Source: an uncultured Brevinematales bacterium
Lineage (GTDB): Bacteria; Spirochaetota; Brevinematia; Brevinematales; JAOACQ01
DNA: 64,000 bases
Direction of reading: 5' to 3'
Assembly: GCA_964413265.1 (NCBI GenBank)
Contig: CAYPRX010000037.1
Location: forward strand, 140,220 to 204,219
The notes under the pieces were generated by a model. It worked only from the letters and a program-made list of their open reading frames with translations. It did not search any database and was not told where the DNA came from. The stretch's first letter is position 1. Each line of letters starts with the position of its first letter. Below, piece by piece: positions 46,495-55,816 of the stretch. The position numbers were made by a program, and so were the translations under genes.

Positions 46495-48243
46495 ATGGCT
46501 TACTTGGGTAAATATTTTAAAAAATATGGTTTTAGTTTTTTCTGCACTCTTTTTATTTTAGCTTGTGAAGCAGCCTGCGACCTTTCCCTCCCGACATTGA
46601 TGGCCAATGTAATTGATAAAGGCATTGCAAAACGTGACTTATCGGTTGTTCTCGGACTTTGTAGCCTGATGCTTTTCCTTACCGCACTTGGTGCTGTAGC
46701 CGCTTCAATGAGAAATATATTTTCAAACCATATTTCACAGCGATTCGGCCGGGATTTAAGGTCGGATCTTTTCCGTAAAATTATGAGTTTTTCTTTTGAG
46801 AATGCCGACCGGTTCGAAACAGGCACCCTAATTACTCGCACAACCAATGATGTGACCCAGCTGCAGAACTTTTTCAACGGTATTATGAGGCTTTTTGTTA
46901 AAGCGCCGCTGCTCATTATTGGAAGCCTTGTTATGGCATTGTCAGTGAATCCTGGAATGGCCATTGTCCCGGCAGTTATCATTCCTGCAGTCATCGTTAT
47001 AATCATCTTTAATTTACGTAGAGCATACCCGAGATTCCGGCAGGTCCAGTCGGCTCTTGATCGGCTGAACGGAACAATGCGTGAATTCCTTTCGGGTGTA
47101 CGTGTTGTCAAAGCATTCAACCGCTCGGAATATGAAGAAAACCGCTTTTCCTATGTTAACCAGGATTTATCCGGAGCCTTCATCAGCGTTATGAGGGTTA
47201 TGGCCGGTTTTATTCCATCTGTCCTTCTGACTATAAATCTCGGTATACTTGCAGTACTATGGTACGGAGGTTTCAGGGTAAACGCGGGAGAGATGAGAAC
47301 CGGGCAGATTCTTGCTTTCGTAAATTATATGACACAGATTCTTTTTTCTTTGATTATGCTCTCTTTTATATTCAATATGCTGGTAAGGGCAAGAGCTTCT
47401 GCTGAGAGAATAGGGGCTGTTTTCAATACTTCAGAAAAGATGATCTATAGCCCATACCCGATACTGATCAACAGGGAAAGTCTTAGAATTGAATTCGAAA
47501 ATGTATCATTTTCCTATTCTTCAAAAGATAGAGAATCTGTGAGAGAACAGGTGCTGCAAAATGTATCATTCACCTGTATGGCTGGAATGAGTTTCGGGAT
47601 AATTGGAGCTACCGGTTCAGGCAAAAGCACTCTTGTCAGTCTAATTCCGCGGTTTTACGATCCTTCGTCCGGACATATATTTGCTAACGGCATTGATATT
47701 AGAGATGTGGATATCGGTTCCTTTCGCGGCAATATCGCCTTTGTACCTCAGAAAAGCGTTCTGTTTACGGGAACAATTATGGAAAATATACGCTGGGGAA
47801 ATCCGGAAGCTTCAGAATTTGAAGTTTTTGAAGCAGCTAAGACAGCACAGGCGCATGATTTCATTACAGAATTTCCGGAGGGATACAACTCAATCCTTGG
47901 ACGCGGAGGAGTTAATCTCTCCGGAGGACAGAAACAGCGCCTGGCTATAGCCAGGGCACTGGTCAGAAAACCTGTGGTCCTGATAATGGACGATTGCACG
48001 AGTGCCCTGGATGCTGGAACTGAAACCCGGCTGCGTGAAGCTCTTCGCGAGTCTGCAAGGGGAATGACCTGTTTTACCATCAGTCAGCGTTTGACTTCGG
48101 TCCTGGAATCAGATGTAATTCTTTTGCTGGATTCAGGAAAACAGGCAGGTTTAGGCAGACATTCTGAGCTGCTTAAATCTTCCTTACTTTACTCTGAACT
48201 TTATCACTCACAGATCGGTTATGAGGTGCCTGAGGATGCCTGA
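46495..48243 (+). CDS. ABC exporter half-transporter (TMD-NBD), degenerate-site subunit
   Basis: 582 aa. Walker A GATGSGKST, signature LSGGQKQRLAIARAL, Walker B LIMDDCTSALD (Asp replaces the catalytic Glu), H-loop position reads ISQR. Confidence 0.9.
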   Translation: MAYLGKYFKKYGFSFFCTLFILACEAACDLSLPTLMANVIDKGIAKRDLSVVLGLCSLMLFLTALGAVAASMRNIFSNHISQRFGRDLRSDLFRKIMSFSFENADRFETGTLITRTTNDVTQLQNFFNGIMRLFVKAPLLIIGSLVMALSVNPGMAIVPAVIIPAVIVIIIFNLRRAYPRFRQVQSALDRLNGTMREFLSGVRVVKAFNRSEYEENRFSYVNQDLSGAFISVMRVMAGFIPSVLLTINLGILAVLWYGGFRVNAGEMRTGQILAFVNYMTQILFSLIMLSFIFNMLVRARASAERIGAVFNTSEKMIYSPYPILINRESLRIEFENVSFSYSSKDRESVREQVLQNVSFTCMAGMSFGIIGATGSGKSTLVSLIPRFYDPSSGHIFANGIDIRDVDIGSFRGNIAFVPQKSVLFTGTIMENIRWGNPEASEFEVFEAAKTAQAHDFITEFPEGYNSILGRGGVNLSGGQKQRLAIARALVRKPVVLIMDDCTSALDAGTETRLREALRESARGMTCFTISQRLTSVLESDVILLLDSGKQAGLGRHSELLKSSLLYSELYHSQIGYEVPEDA

Positions 48244-50095
48244 AGAACGGATAAATCCGAGTGATGCTCAGGTTAGACCAGCGTTCAGTGGAAGACCCGG
48301 ATTCGGCGGAAGACCTGGTGGAAGAATTGGGATACCTTTGGAAAAACCGAAAAGTTTCTGGCCATCCCTTAAAAGGTTAGGGGGATTTTTTTCAGGGGAA
48401 CGCAGGCTACTTTTCATTGTGTTTTTGCTTGTTCTAGCAAGTGCAGCTGCCGGGCTTCTCGTTCCATATCTGACAGGCCGGGCGATCGACTCCATTGCTC
48501 CAGGCCGGGGAAAAGTACATATGACTGCCCTGGCAATGACAGCCATTATCCTAGGGGCTGTATATCTTGCCGATATGTGCTTCAATATAACCCAGGGCTT
48601 CATGATGGCAGGTATTTCACAGAGGATCGTGCAGGGGATAAGGACCGCCTTATTCGGCAAGATGCAGAAATTAACTCTTTCTTTCTTTGACACACATTCG
48701 CATGGCGATCTCCTGAGCCGCCTTACGAATGATATAGACAATGTCAGCACGGCTGTTTCTCAATCCACAACACAGCTCTTTTCAAGCGTAACTCTTATTG
48801 CTGGTTCACTGGTTATGATGCTTATTTTGAGCCCCCTGCTTACACTCGCTGCATTGATAACAGTCCCGATGGTACTTTTTCTATCGAATTTCATCACATC
48901 AAGAACGGGCAGGCTTTTCAGGGAGCAACAGGCGATTCTGGGTAAATTGAACGGGCATATCGAGGAGTCAATATCAGGAATCGGAGTTGTGAAAGCTTTC
49001 GGCCGTGAAGCAGTTACAGTGGATGATTTCGACATTCTTAATCAAAAACTGTGCGCTGTCGGTATTCAGGCTCAGATCTGGTCAGGTTATATTATGCCCC
49101 TTATGAACGTTATAAATAATATCGGTTTTACGGCTGTTGTCTGTGCAGGGGCCCTTCTTGTTCTTAAAAACCTGGTAACCATTGGAATTATTGCCAGTTT
49201 TATCGGCTATTCACGACAGTTTGGAAGGCCCTTAAATGAAATAGCAGGCATTTTCAATATTCTCCAGACTGCTATTGCCGGGTCTGAAAGGGTTTTCGAG
49301 ATACTGGACGAATCGGAGGAAGAGGAAGATCCCTCTCATACAATAGATCTTATAAATCCCTTGGGGCATATCGAGCTCAGGAATGTGACTTTCGGCTACC
49401 GGGAGGATGTGAAGGTCCTTAAAAATATCAGTTTTGAGGCCAAACCTGGAAGCAGGGTAGCTCTTGTTGGTCCGACAGGTGCGGGTAAAACAACTATCGT
49501 CAACCTGCTGACCAGGTTTTACGATGTTACCTCCGGTAGCATTTTTATTGATGGAAGAGACATAAGGGAGTACAGCCGGGAAAGCCTGCGAAATTGTTTC
49601 GGAATAGTCCTTCAGGATACTTATCTCTTTACGGGGACTATCCGTGAAAATATCCGCTATGGAAAAATGGAAGCTTCCGATGCAGAAGTTGAGGAAGCGG
49701 CAAAGATCGCTTACGCTGAAATGTTTATAAGGCACCTGCCGGAACAGTATGAAACTATCCTTACTGAAAGCGGCTCCAACTTAAGTCAGGGACAGCGCCA
49801 GCTTATCTCCATTGCGCGAGCCGTTCTTGCTGACGCATCAATTTTAATCCTGGATGAAGCCACCAGCAGTGTTGATACTTTGACTGAACAGCATATTCAG
49901 CAGGCCATGCTAACACTTATGAAAGGCAGGACAAGCCTGATTATTGCACACCGTCTCCGAACTATTCGAGACGCTGATACGATCCTTGTAATTGAAAACG
50001 GGATCATTGAAGAATCAGGAAGCCATAAAATCCTGCTGAGAAAAAAGGGTGTATACTACCGTTTTTATCATCCAAAAAATCTTTCAGGCTTTTAA
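48236..50095 (+). CDS. ABC exporter half-transporter (TMD-NBD), consensus-site subunit
   Basis: Start taken at ATG 48236, overlapping the upstream stop (ATGCCTGA). Gly/Pro/Arg-rich N-terminus. Walker A GPTGAGKTT, signature LSQGQRQLISIARAV (degenerate), Walker B LILDEATSSVD, H-loop IAHRL. Confidence 0.9.
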   Translation: MPEERINPSDAQVRPAFSGRPGFGGRPGGRIGIPLEKPKSFWPSLKRLGGFFSGERRLLFIVFLLVLASAAAGLLVPYLTGRAIDSIAPGRGKVHMTALAMTAIILGAVYLADMCFNITQGFMMAGISQRIVQGIRTALFGKMQKLTLSFFDTHSHGDLLSRLTNDIDNVSTAVSQSTTQLFSSVTLIAGSLVMMLILSPLLTLAALITVPMVLFLSNFITSRTGRLFREQQAILGKLNGHIEESISGIGVVKAFGREAVTVDDFDILNQKLCAVGIQAQIWSGYIMPLMNVINNIGFTAVVCAGALLVLKNLVTIGIIASFIGYSRQFGRPLNEIAGIFNILQTAIAGSERVFEILDESEEEEDPSHTIDLINPLGHIELRNVTFGYREDVKVLKNISFEAKPGSRVALVGPTGAGKTTIVNLLTRFYDVTSGSIFIDGRDIREYSRESLRNCFGIVLQDTYLFTGTIRENIRYGKMEASDAEVEEAAKIAYAEMFIRHLPEQYETILTESGSNLSQGQRQLISIARAVLADASILILDEATSSVDTLTEQHIQQAMLTLMKGRTSLIIAHRLRTIRDADTILVIENGIIEESGSHKILLRKKGVYYRFYHPKNLSGF

Positions 50096-50102
50096 TACTT
50101 TA

Positions 50103-50486
50103 TTACCCCTTGCAATAGACAGAAATACACCGGAGACGCATAAGCCGGTAAAAAAGCTGAAACTGTTCCCAAAAACTTTTTTTCAGAAGAGTTTTATCTC
50201 CAGAGCAGATAATCCAATGGCTGAAAGCCGCAGCCAAGATTGCATTGGATGTGGAGAAGACCAAAGCTGCTCCAATTCCCTGAAGAACTCTGGAAAATAT
50301 AAACATCCAGCCTGAAAAGGATACTGCCGATAGAAAAGAGGAGAGATTATAAAAGACAATACCGCCTGGGAAGATATTTTTTCTTCCCGCAATATCACTT
50401 ATTTTTCCGAGATGGATAAGGAATATTGCAGTGGTCAGTAGAAAAGAAGTTGTGATCCACCCCAGGGTGACGGCATCCATCTTCAT
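50103..50486 (-). pseudogene. remnant of an MFS (DHA-type) transporter gene
   Basis: The frame encodes only about TM2-TM4: WITTSFLLTTAIFLIHLGKISDIAGRKNIF (motif A-like), then FSRVLQGIGAALVFSTSNAILAA, then nonsense. There is no TM1 upstream and no continuation downstream. Confidence 0.55.
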
Positions 50487-50595
50487 TTGCTTAATTATAA
50501 ACGGGGAATTTTATTACTACAACTTCAATCCCTTCGAGATATTTGAAATTTCCTTAATCATACCGATATTATTACAGAAACAAGGCGGGAAGTAT

Positions 50596-52380
50596 ATGAA
50601 AAAATATTTTATAATGCTTTTTATTTTTTTTGGTGTATGCCTGACATTCTCAGGTACCCCCCCTCTTAAAATAAGCATGCTTTTAAACGGCGTGAAGACT
50701 AACGAGATCTGGTTTTCCCCCTGCAATGGAACTCAGGATGACATCGCCATAAGTCTCGAGATCAGGAGCCTGAGATTAGTCATGGGCTGGTCGGTTTCAA
50801 TATTCAACTCTTCCAATCAGATTGTTTGGCTTCGCAGCGGAGAGAAAAGCAGGGATGTGCCTCTCGATCCGGGTGAGTTCTGGAAAAAACTTTGGACAAA
50901 AAAAGAGAATGTGTCAGTCCCAGATGCCATAACATGGGATGGGATGTCCGACAGTGGGGTCGTTCTCCCTGAGGGCAGGTATTTTGCTGTTGCCTCGGCT
51001 TGGGATGAAATGAAAAATACTGCAGTGTCTGAAACTGACTGCATTATCCTGGAGATTACTCCTCCCCAGGGGTCTCTTTCCATTAACGATAATATTTTTT
51101 ATCCAAACGAAACTGGAAAAAGGAGACTGTTTTTCATTACACAGGATCTCTCTACCAATGGTTTCTGGAGAGCTGAAATAAGGAATGAAGAAGGAGTTGT
51201 AATTAAAAACTGGGAATGGGGCTGCACCCCGCCGAAAATGCTCGAGTGGGACGGCAGGGGTAACGACGGCACTTCTCAGCCTGAAGGCTCATATGACTAC
51301 ATTGTTTACGGCTGGGATCAGGCTGGAAACAAGACCATAATACCGCTTTCCGGGATATATCTATCAAGGAAGGTCTATTACGTATTTCTTACACCTGAAA
51401 GGTCTGAATTCTCACCAGGGGCCGTCAAGCCGCTTAATGAGTTGAGATTTTTTCCTGCTTTGTCAGTAACGAATGGGTTGTTATCATGGAATCTGATAAT
51501 AAAGGATAAAAATTTAAAGATTTTGAGGGATTTGAGAGGGGAAACACTGCCCCCGGTTATTATATGGGATGGCAGAGATGAAAAAATGAAAACAATACCT
51601 GACGGTTCATACAAATGCTTTCTCTCATGCAATTACGCGGAGGGAAACACTGTTTATTCGGAGGATAACTGCATAACCGCAGTTGGATCTAATCCTGAAT
51701 TGTCAATATCAGCAGCACCCCTCCCTTTCTCACCTGACGGGAGCGGTATAAATAATTTGCTCAATATCAATTTTATCACGAAGAGCCATGCTGCTTTAAA
51801 AAAATGGAAAATAGTAATTTTTGATCCTGAGGGAAGGCCATTCAAAACATTTGAGGGCCAGACAGAACCTTCCTGCATCATAAAATGGAATGGCCGTTCA
51901 GACAATGGTGAACTGGTCGAAAGTGCTGAAAACTACAGATTATCGGCGTATGCTTCGGACGTTCTCGGCAACCAGGCAGAAAAAGAATTGGATGGTGGAA
52001 TAAATGTCGATATTCTTGCGGAGAAAACAGATAGGGGATATCAAATCAGGATTAATAATATTGATTTTGATTTTGCTAAAGCAGGTCTTAAAAAAAATAA
52101 AACTTTCATACTTGACAGGGTTGCTGATATTCTCCGGAAATATTCCAATTACAGGGTTGAAATCCAGGGACACACTGATAATATAGGTTCGATGAAAAAA
52201 AATCTTGCTCTTTCAAGCGAAAGAGCAAGGAATGTTTACAACTATCTTATTGGAAAGGGGATCTCAAAAGACAGGCTCACTTATAAGGGCTGCTCATTCA
52301 GCTTTCCAATAGCTGATAATTCAACCGGTGAAGGGAGAAAAAGGAACAGAAGGGTTGAATTTATTTTACTTAAGGAATGA
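50596..52380 (+). CDS. OmpA-domain protein with four FlgD-Ig-like repeats
   Basis: Start moved to MKKYFIMLFIFFGVCLTFSG (50596). Four W(D/N)G...(P)(E/D)G(S/R)Y modules. C-terminal OmpA domain: VEIQGHTDNIGSMKKNLALSSERARNV...RRVEF. Confidence 0.8.
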   Translation: MKKYFIMLFIFFGVCLTFSGTPPLKISMLLNGVKTNEIWFSPCNGTQDDIAISLEIRSLRLVMGWSVSIFNSSNQIVWLRSGEKSRDVPLDPGEFWKKLWTKKENVSVPDAITWDGMSDSGVVLPEGRYFAVASAWDEMKNTAVSETDCIILEITPPQGSLSINDNIFYPNETGKRRLFFITQDLSTNGFWRAEIRNEEGVVIKNWEWGCTPPKMLEWDGRGNDGTSQPEGSYDYIVYGWDQAGNKTIIPLSGIYLSRKVYYVFLTPERSEFSPGAVKPLNELRFFPALSVTNGLLSWNLIIKDKNLKILRDLRGETLPPVIIWDGRDEKMKTIPDGSYKCFLSCNYAEGNTVYSEDNCITAVGSNPELSISAAPLPFSPDGSGINNLLNINFITKSHAALKKWKIVIFDPEGRPFKTFEGQTEPSCIIKWNGRSDNGELVESAENYRLSAYASDVLGNQAEKELDGGINVDILAEKTDRGYQIRINNIDFDFAKAGLKKNKTFILDRVADILRKYSNYRVEIQGHTDNIGSMKKNLALSSERARNVYNYLIGKGISKDRLTYKGCSFSFPIADNSTGEGRKRNRRVEFILLKE

Positions 52381-53037
52381 ATATTTTTTAATTTTGTTTA
52401 CCCAATCCATTGTATTTCCGTCCTCAAAAAAATGTCGGCCTATTACCAGAAAGTCAGCTCCTGCCTCAAGGGCTTTTTCATAGTTTTCACGGGTAATTCC
52501 ACCATCGATTTGTATTATTATTTCCCTGTTCCCGATTATATTCTTAAGTTCATTAAGTCTTTTATAGGAACTGGTCATAAAGGTCTGCCCGGAATAGCCA
52601 GGTTCAACACTCATGAGGAGGATCAGGTCTATCATATCGAGGAAAGGCAATATCTCTTTTATATCAGTGTCCGGCCGTATCGAGAGGCCTGCAGTTTTAC
52701 CGCTTTTTTTTACTAATTCAAGGAATTCCGGAATTGAATTGCTAATTGTTTCGGCGTGAAGTGTAATATGCTGAACAGGAAGGCTGATAAATGGAGATAA
52801 TTTTTCCATGTTTTCTAGAGTAATCATTAAATGGAGATCAGCCGGCAGGCATGTCCTTGAGATTATATCATTTATGACTTTTGGGCCGAAAGAGATGTTT
52901 GTAACAAAGTGATTGTCCATCACATCGTAATGTATCATATCAACATGCGATGATTCGCAGATCGTTATTGCCCTGGAGAGATTGTAGAAATCAGCTGCAA
53001 ATAAAGAGGGCGCAACCATCGGATCCTTTTTATTCAT
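52366..53037 (-). CDS. rpe: ribulose-phosphate 3-epimerase
   Basis: 223 aa. APSLFAADFYNL, IHYDVMDNHFV, MSVEPGYSGQTF, QIDGGI. Confidence 0.9.
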   Translation of the reverse strand: MNKKDPMVAPSLFAADFYNLSRAITICESSHVDMIHYDVMDNHFVTNISFGPKVINDIISRTCLPADLHLMITLENMEKLSPFISLPVQHITLHAETISNSIPEFLELVKKSGKTAGLSIRPDTDIKEILPFLDMIDLILLMSVEPGYSGQTFMTSSYKRLNELKNIIGNREIIIQIDGGITRENYEKALEAGADFLVIGRHFFEDGNTMDWVNKIKKYSFLK

Positions 53038-54142
53038 ACGGTATTTCCTTTACAAAATTGTTATCTACAATGAGAGTGAGCTTAGCTTTGCCTAGCGTCT
53101 TGAAGCAGAGTATGATATTATTTCCGTAATTCTGGGTCTGGTTATATATTTCCTTCTCGTCGTTAGCCTCATCTGTCAGCATAATTTTGACGTTAGCCTG
53201 ACTCTTATTTAAAGAATCGTCCTGTGAAGGCCCGGTTTCATTAGATGAAATGGTGGACATATTTTCAAGTTTGAAACTGAAAATTCTAAACCTGGTTTTC
53301 TGCCTTTTAACCGCATCATCTTCGAAAACTCCGACTTGAAGATGAATCTCTGAATTTCTTGGTATTATCGAATTGGAGAGAATATTCTGGCTTATTATCA
53401 AACCGTCTTCGTCGGGGTTCTGGACAGGTTCTTCCTGAATAACAGGCTGTATGGAATTTGCGATCAGAGTTTTTGCTACCAGTTCGAGAGACTGTCTGGA
53501 ATAATCGGCGACCCTGAATTGGCCTTCAGCAATATCGGAATTAACAAGCAGTTTCATTTTTACGGTTCTGTCAACCTCCTGGTTGGGTTGAATGTCCTGG
53601 CTGATCACGGTATCGACGGGATAATCATGGCTCTGGATTACAGTTATATCATAGCTGATATTGAGCTTTGTCAGGGTCTGTTCCGCCTCTTCCCTCTTCA
53701 AGCCGGTCAGCGAAGGAACGATATACACATCCTTACCCATACTTACAAGAAGTATGACTGTCCGGCCTTTTCTGACCGCAAGTCCCTGCTGGGGTAATTG
53801 TTCTATTACGGTAAATTTGGGGGTATTTGTATCAAATTTACTGTCGATTTCAACTGAAAGACCCTTTTCCTGGAGAGCGATTGAAGCGTTTATTACATTC
53901 AGGCCGGTAACTGAAGGAACTTTAACGATCGGTCCTGCAATACTGGATATGAATAGGACAATAATGGCTACGATAACGGCGGTGAGACATGCGAGAATAA
54001 AAACAAAAAACATTCTCCTGACAAATCTTGTATAAATATCAGCTCCTTTGGCGCTGAAATAGTCCCTCGTTTTCTTCTCAAATTTAAAAATTGTTATCTT
54101 TAGGGTCTGAAATAACTGCAATGGTGCTTTTGCTTCATTCAT
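53030..54142 (-). CDS. kinase-less PASTA-domain membrane protein
   Basis: 370 aa. Short cytoplasmic N-terminus, 1 TM, then three PASTA-like repeats (VPSVTGLNVINASIALQEKGL..., VPSLTGLKREEAEQTLTKLNI..., RVADYSRQSLELVAKTLIANSI...), then a ~100-aa tail. Confidence 0.75.
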   Translation of the reverse strand: MNEAKAPLQLFQTLKITIFKFEKKTRDYFSAKGADIYTRFVRRMFFVFILACLTAVIVAIIVLFISSIAGPIVKVPSVTGLNVINASIALQEKGLSVEIDSKFDTNTPKFTVIEQLPQQGLAVRKGRTVILLVSMGKDVYIVPSLTGLKREEAEQTLTKLNISYDITVIQSHDYPVDTVISQDIQPNQEVDRTVKMKLLVNSDIAEGQFRVADYSRQSLELVAKTLIANSIQPVIQEEPVQNPDEDGLIISQNILSNSIIPRNSEIHLQVGVFEDDAVKRQKTRFRIFSFKLENMSTISSNETGPSQDDSLNKSQANVKIMLTDEANDEKEIYNQTQNYGNNIILCFKTLGKAKLTLIVDNNFVKEIPYE

Positions 54143-54153
54143 TTTTATTCTCC

Positions 54154-55098
54154 TTAAAAGATCCTGCCGATTACCGGCCTGTAACCATTAATAAAGCTCT
54201 TGTAATCCATTTCTTTTTTACCCCATGGTTTAAGTTTCAATAGTGATAAAAAACCTTCCCTGCATTCTACTATAAGTCCTTTTTTATCTGCGGAGCATAT
54301 AAAACCAGGCCGGCCCTTAGGCCTGCCATGAGTAGTTTTATTGATCTCAAGGAGAGTTATATTTATCCTGCCTGATGTTCCGTTATACACTGTAAAAATT
54401 CCCGGCCATGGAAAATAGGCTCTCCATTTGTTATATATTTCTGTGGACGATTGTTTTGCGAAATCTACAAGTCCATCGTTTTTTTTCAGCATCCTGGTGA
54501 AACTTGCAGCCGAATCATCCTGTCTGACAGCCTTAATATTTTCTTCTTCAATGCCCTTAACGGCTTCCAGAAGCAGTTTTGCTCCCTCCTGAGCTAGCCT
54601 TTCAGAAAGAATTTGATAATTATCTTCCGCTCTGATATCGATCCTTCTTTGAAGCAAAATATCTCCCCTGTCTACTTCCTTGACCATGTACTGAACCGTT
54701 ACCCCCGTGACAGTATCACCGTTCGCAAGAGCAGCCTGAATAGGTGACGCACCGCGGTATAAGGGAAGAAGAGAGGCGTGAAGGTTTATGGAAGAAAATT
54801 TTGGAATTGAGAGCAGGTATTCGGGCAGGATCATACCAAATGATACAACTACGGACAGATCCGGTTTAAGGCCGAGCATTTGTTCCTTGAATCCTTCTTC
54901 CTTTAAGCTTGCGGGCTGAATTATCGGAATATTATGAGCTATCGCAAATGACTTTACATCAGTTTCGCAGACATTTTTCAAACCTCGTCCGCATACTGAA
55001 TCCCTGTTAGTGACGACCGCTGCTATATCATACTCAAGGCTTAAAGCCTCAAGAGAAGGAATTGAAAATTCAGAACTTCCCCAAAAAAGGATCCTCAT
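54154..55098 (-). CDS. fmt: methionyl-tRNA formyltransferase
   Basis: 314 aa. MRILFWGSSEFSIPSLEAL, NLHASLLPLYRGASPIQ. Confidence 0.95.
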   Translation of the reverse strand: MRILFWGSSEFSIPSLEALSLEYDIAAVVTNRDSVCGRGLKNVCETDVKSFAIAHNIPIIQPASLKEEGFKEQMLGLKPDLSVVVSFGMILPEYLLSIPKFSSINLHASLLPLYRGASPIQAALANGDTVTGVTVQYMVKEVDRGDILLQRRIDIRAEDNYQILSERLAQEGAKLLLEAVKGIEEENIKAVRQDDSAASFTRMLKKNDGLVDFAKQSSTEIYNKWRAYFPWPGIFTVYNGTSGRINITLLEINKTTHGRPKGRPGFICSADKKGLIVECREGFLSLLKLKPWGKKEMDYKSFINGYRPVIGRIF

Positions 55099-55625
55099 AG
55101 GCAGATATCCCCGAATTTTTTTCTGTTTTTATCCAGTATTTCCTCAATTCTTTCTTTATTTTTATTCCTGTCTTTATGTTCAAGATAATCAATGAACAGT
55201 TTCCCATCGAGATGGTCCATTTCATGCTGAAGAACCCTGGCAAAATAATTTTCTGCATCAATTAAAATGGACTTACCGCCTGGCAGTGTCCCTCTCAATT
55301 TTATCGATTTAGGTCTAGATACCATGCCCCAGACATCTGGAACCGACAGGCATCCTTCTTCATATTCAACTTCCTCGAAGGATCTGTATATAATAGAAGG
55401 GTTCAACAGGGTGATCTTTTTTTCATCACCAGTTTTTGAGAGATCAATAAGCATGATCTTTTTAGGAATTCCGATCTGGGTAGCCGCAAGCCCTACGCCG
55501 CCCTCATCAAGCGTGTCAATCATGTCATGAACGATCTTCATTATATCTTTATCAACTATCTTGATTTCTTCGGCCCTTTGCCTCAAAACAGGGTTTCCAT
55601 ATGTAACTATTTCCATTTTCGCCAT
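55095..55625 (-). CDS. def: peptide deformylase
   Basis: 176 aa. GVGLAATQIG, EGCLSVP, QHEMDHLDG. Confidence 0.95.
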   Translation of the reverse strand: MAKMEIVTYGNPVLRQRAEEIKIVDKDIMKIVHDMIDTLDEGGVGLAATQIGIPKKIMLIDLSKTGDEKKITLLNPSIIYRSFEEVEYEEGCLSVPDVWGMVSRPKSIKLRGTLPGGKSILIDAENYFARVLQHEMDHLDGKLFIDYLEHKDRNKNKERIEEILDKNRKKFGDICL

Positions 55626-55658
55626 TACTGCCCTACCTCTTATCTTTTGAAGACATAT

Positions 55659-55687
55659 ATTTTAAAGAATAAGGGGCTTAAAGCCAA
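55659..55687 (-). promoter_or_regulatory. sigma70-type promoter of the def-fmt-PASTA-rpe operon
   Basis: On the minus strand: TTGGCT (55687..55682), a 17-nt spacer, TAAAAT (55664..55659). Confidence 0.45.
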
Positions 55688-55756
55688 TATTTGAGACTAT
55701 AATTTTTTATCAGGCCAGCTTAAAATAAAATAAGTAAAAATAAAAAAATGAAAAAC

Positions 55757-55783
55757 TAAGGCATTTTCTAATTCTGCCGATTT
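55757..55783 (+). promoter_or_regulatory. sigma28-like promoter candidate upstream of flaA
   Basis: TAAG (55757-55760), N15, GCCGATTT (55776-55783), compared with the consensus TAAA-N15-GCCGATAA. It lies 33 nt upstream of the ATG. Confidence 0.4.
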
Positions 55784-55816
55784 TTAAGTAAGATTATCAA
55801 AAGTAGGAGCGCTCTC

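Noticed and set aside
46500-47120. 206-aa ORF antisense to the first ABC exporter gene. Similar long antisense ORFs occur at 48268..48750, 49232..49735, 41751..42209, 56686..57141, 58316..58894, 62397..62819, 63343..63801, 3487..3849, 7598..8074 and 30959..31384.
   Set aside because: Each lies entirely inside a confidently identified gene on the opposite strand. They have low-complexity, Ser/Arg/Pro-rich or otherwise non-protein-like composition, and I saw no SD. These are typical shadow ORFs.
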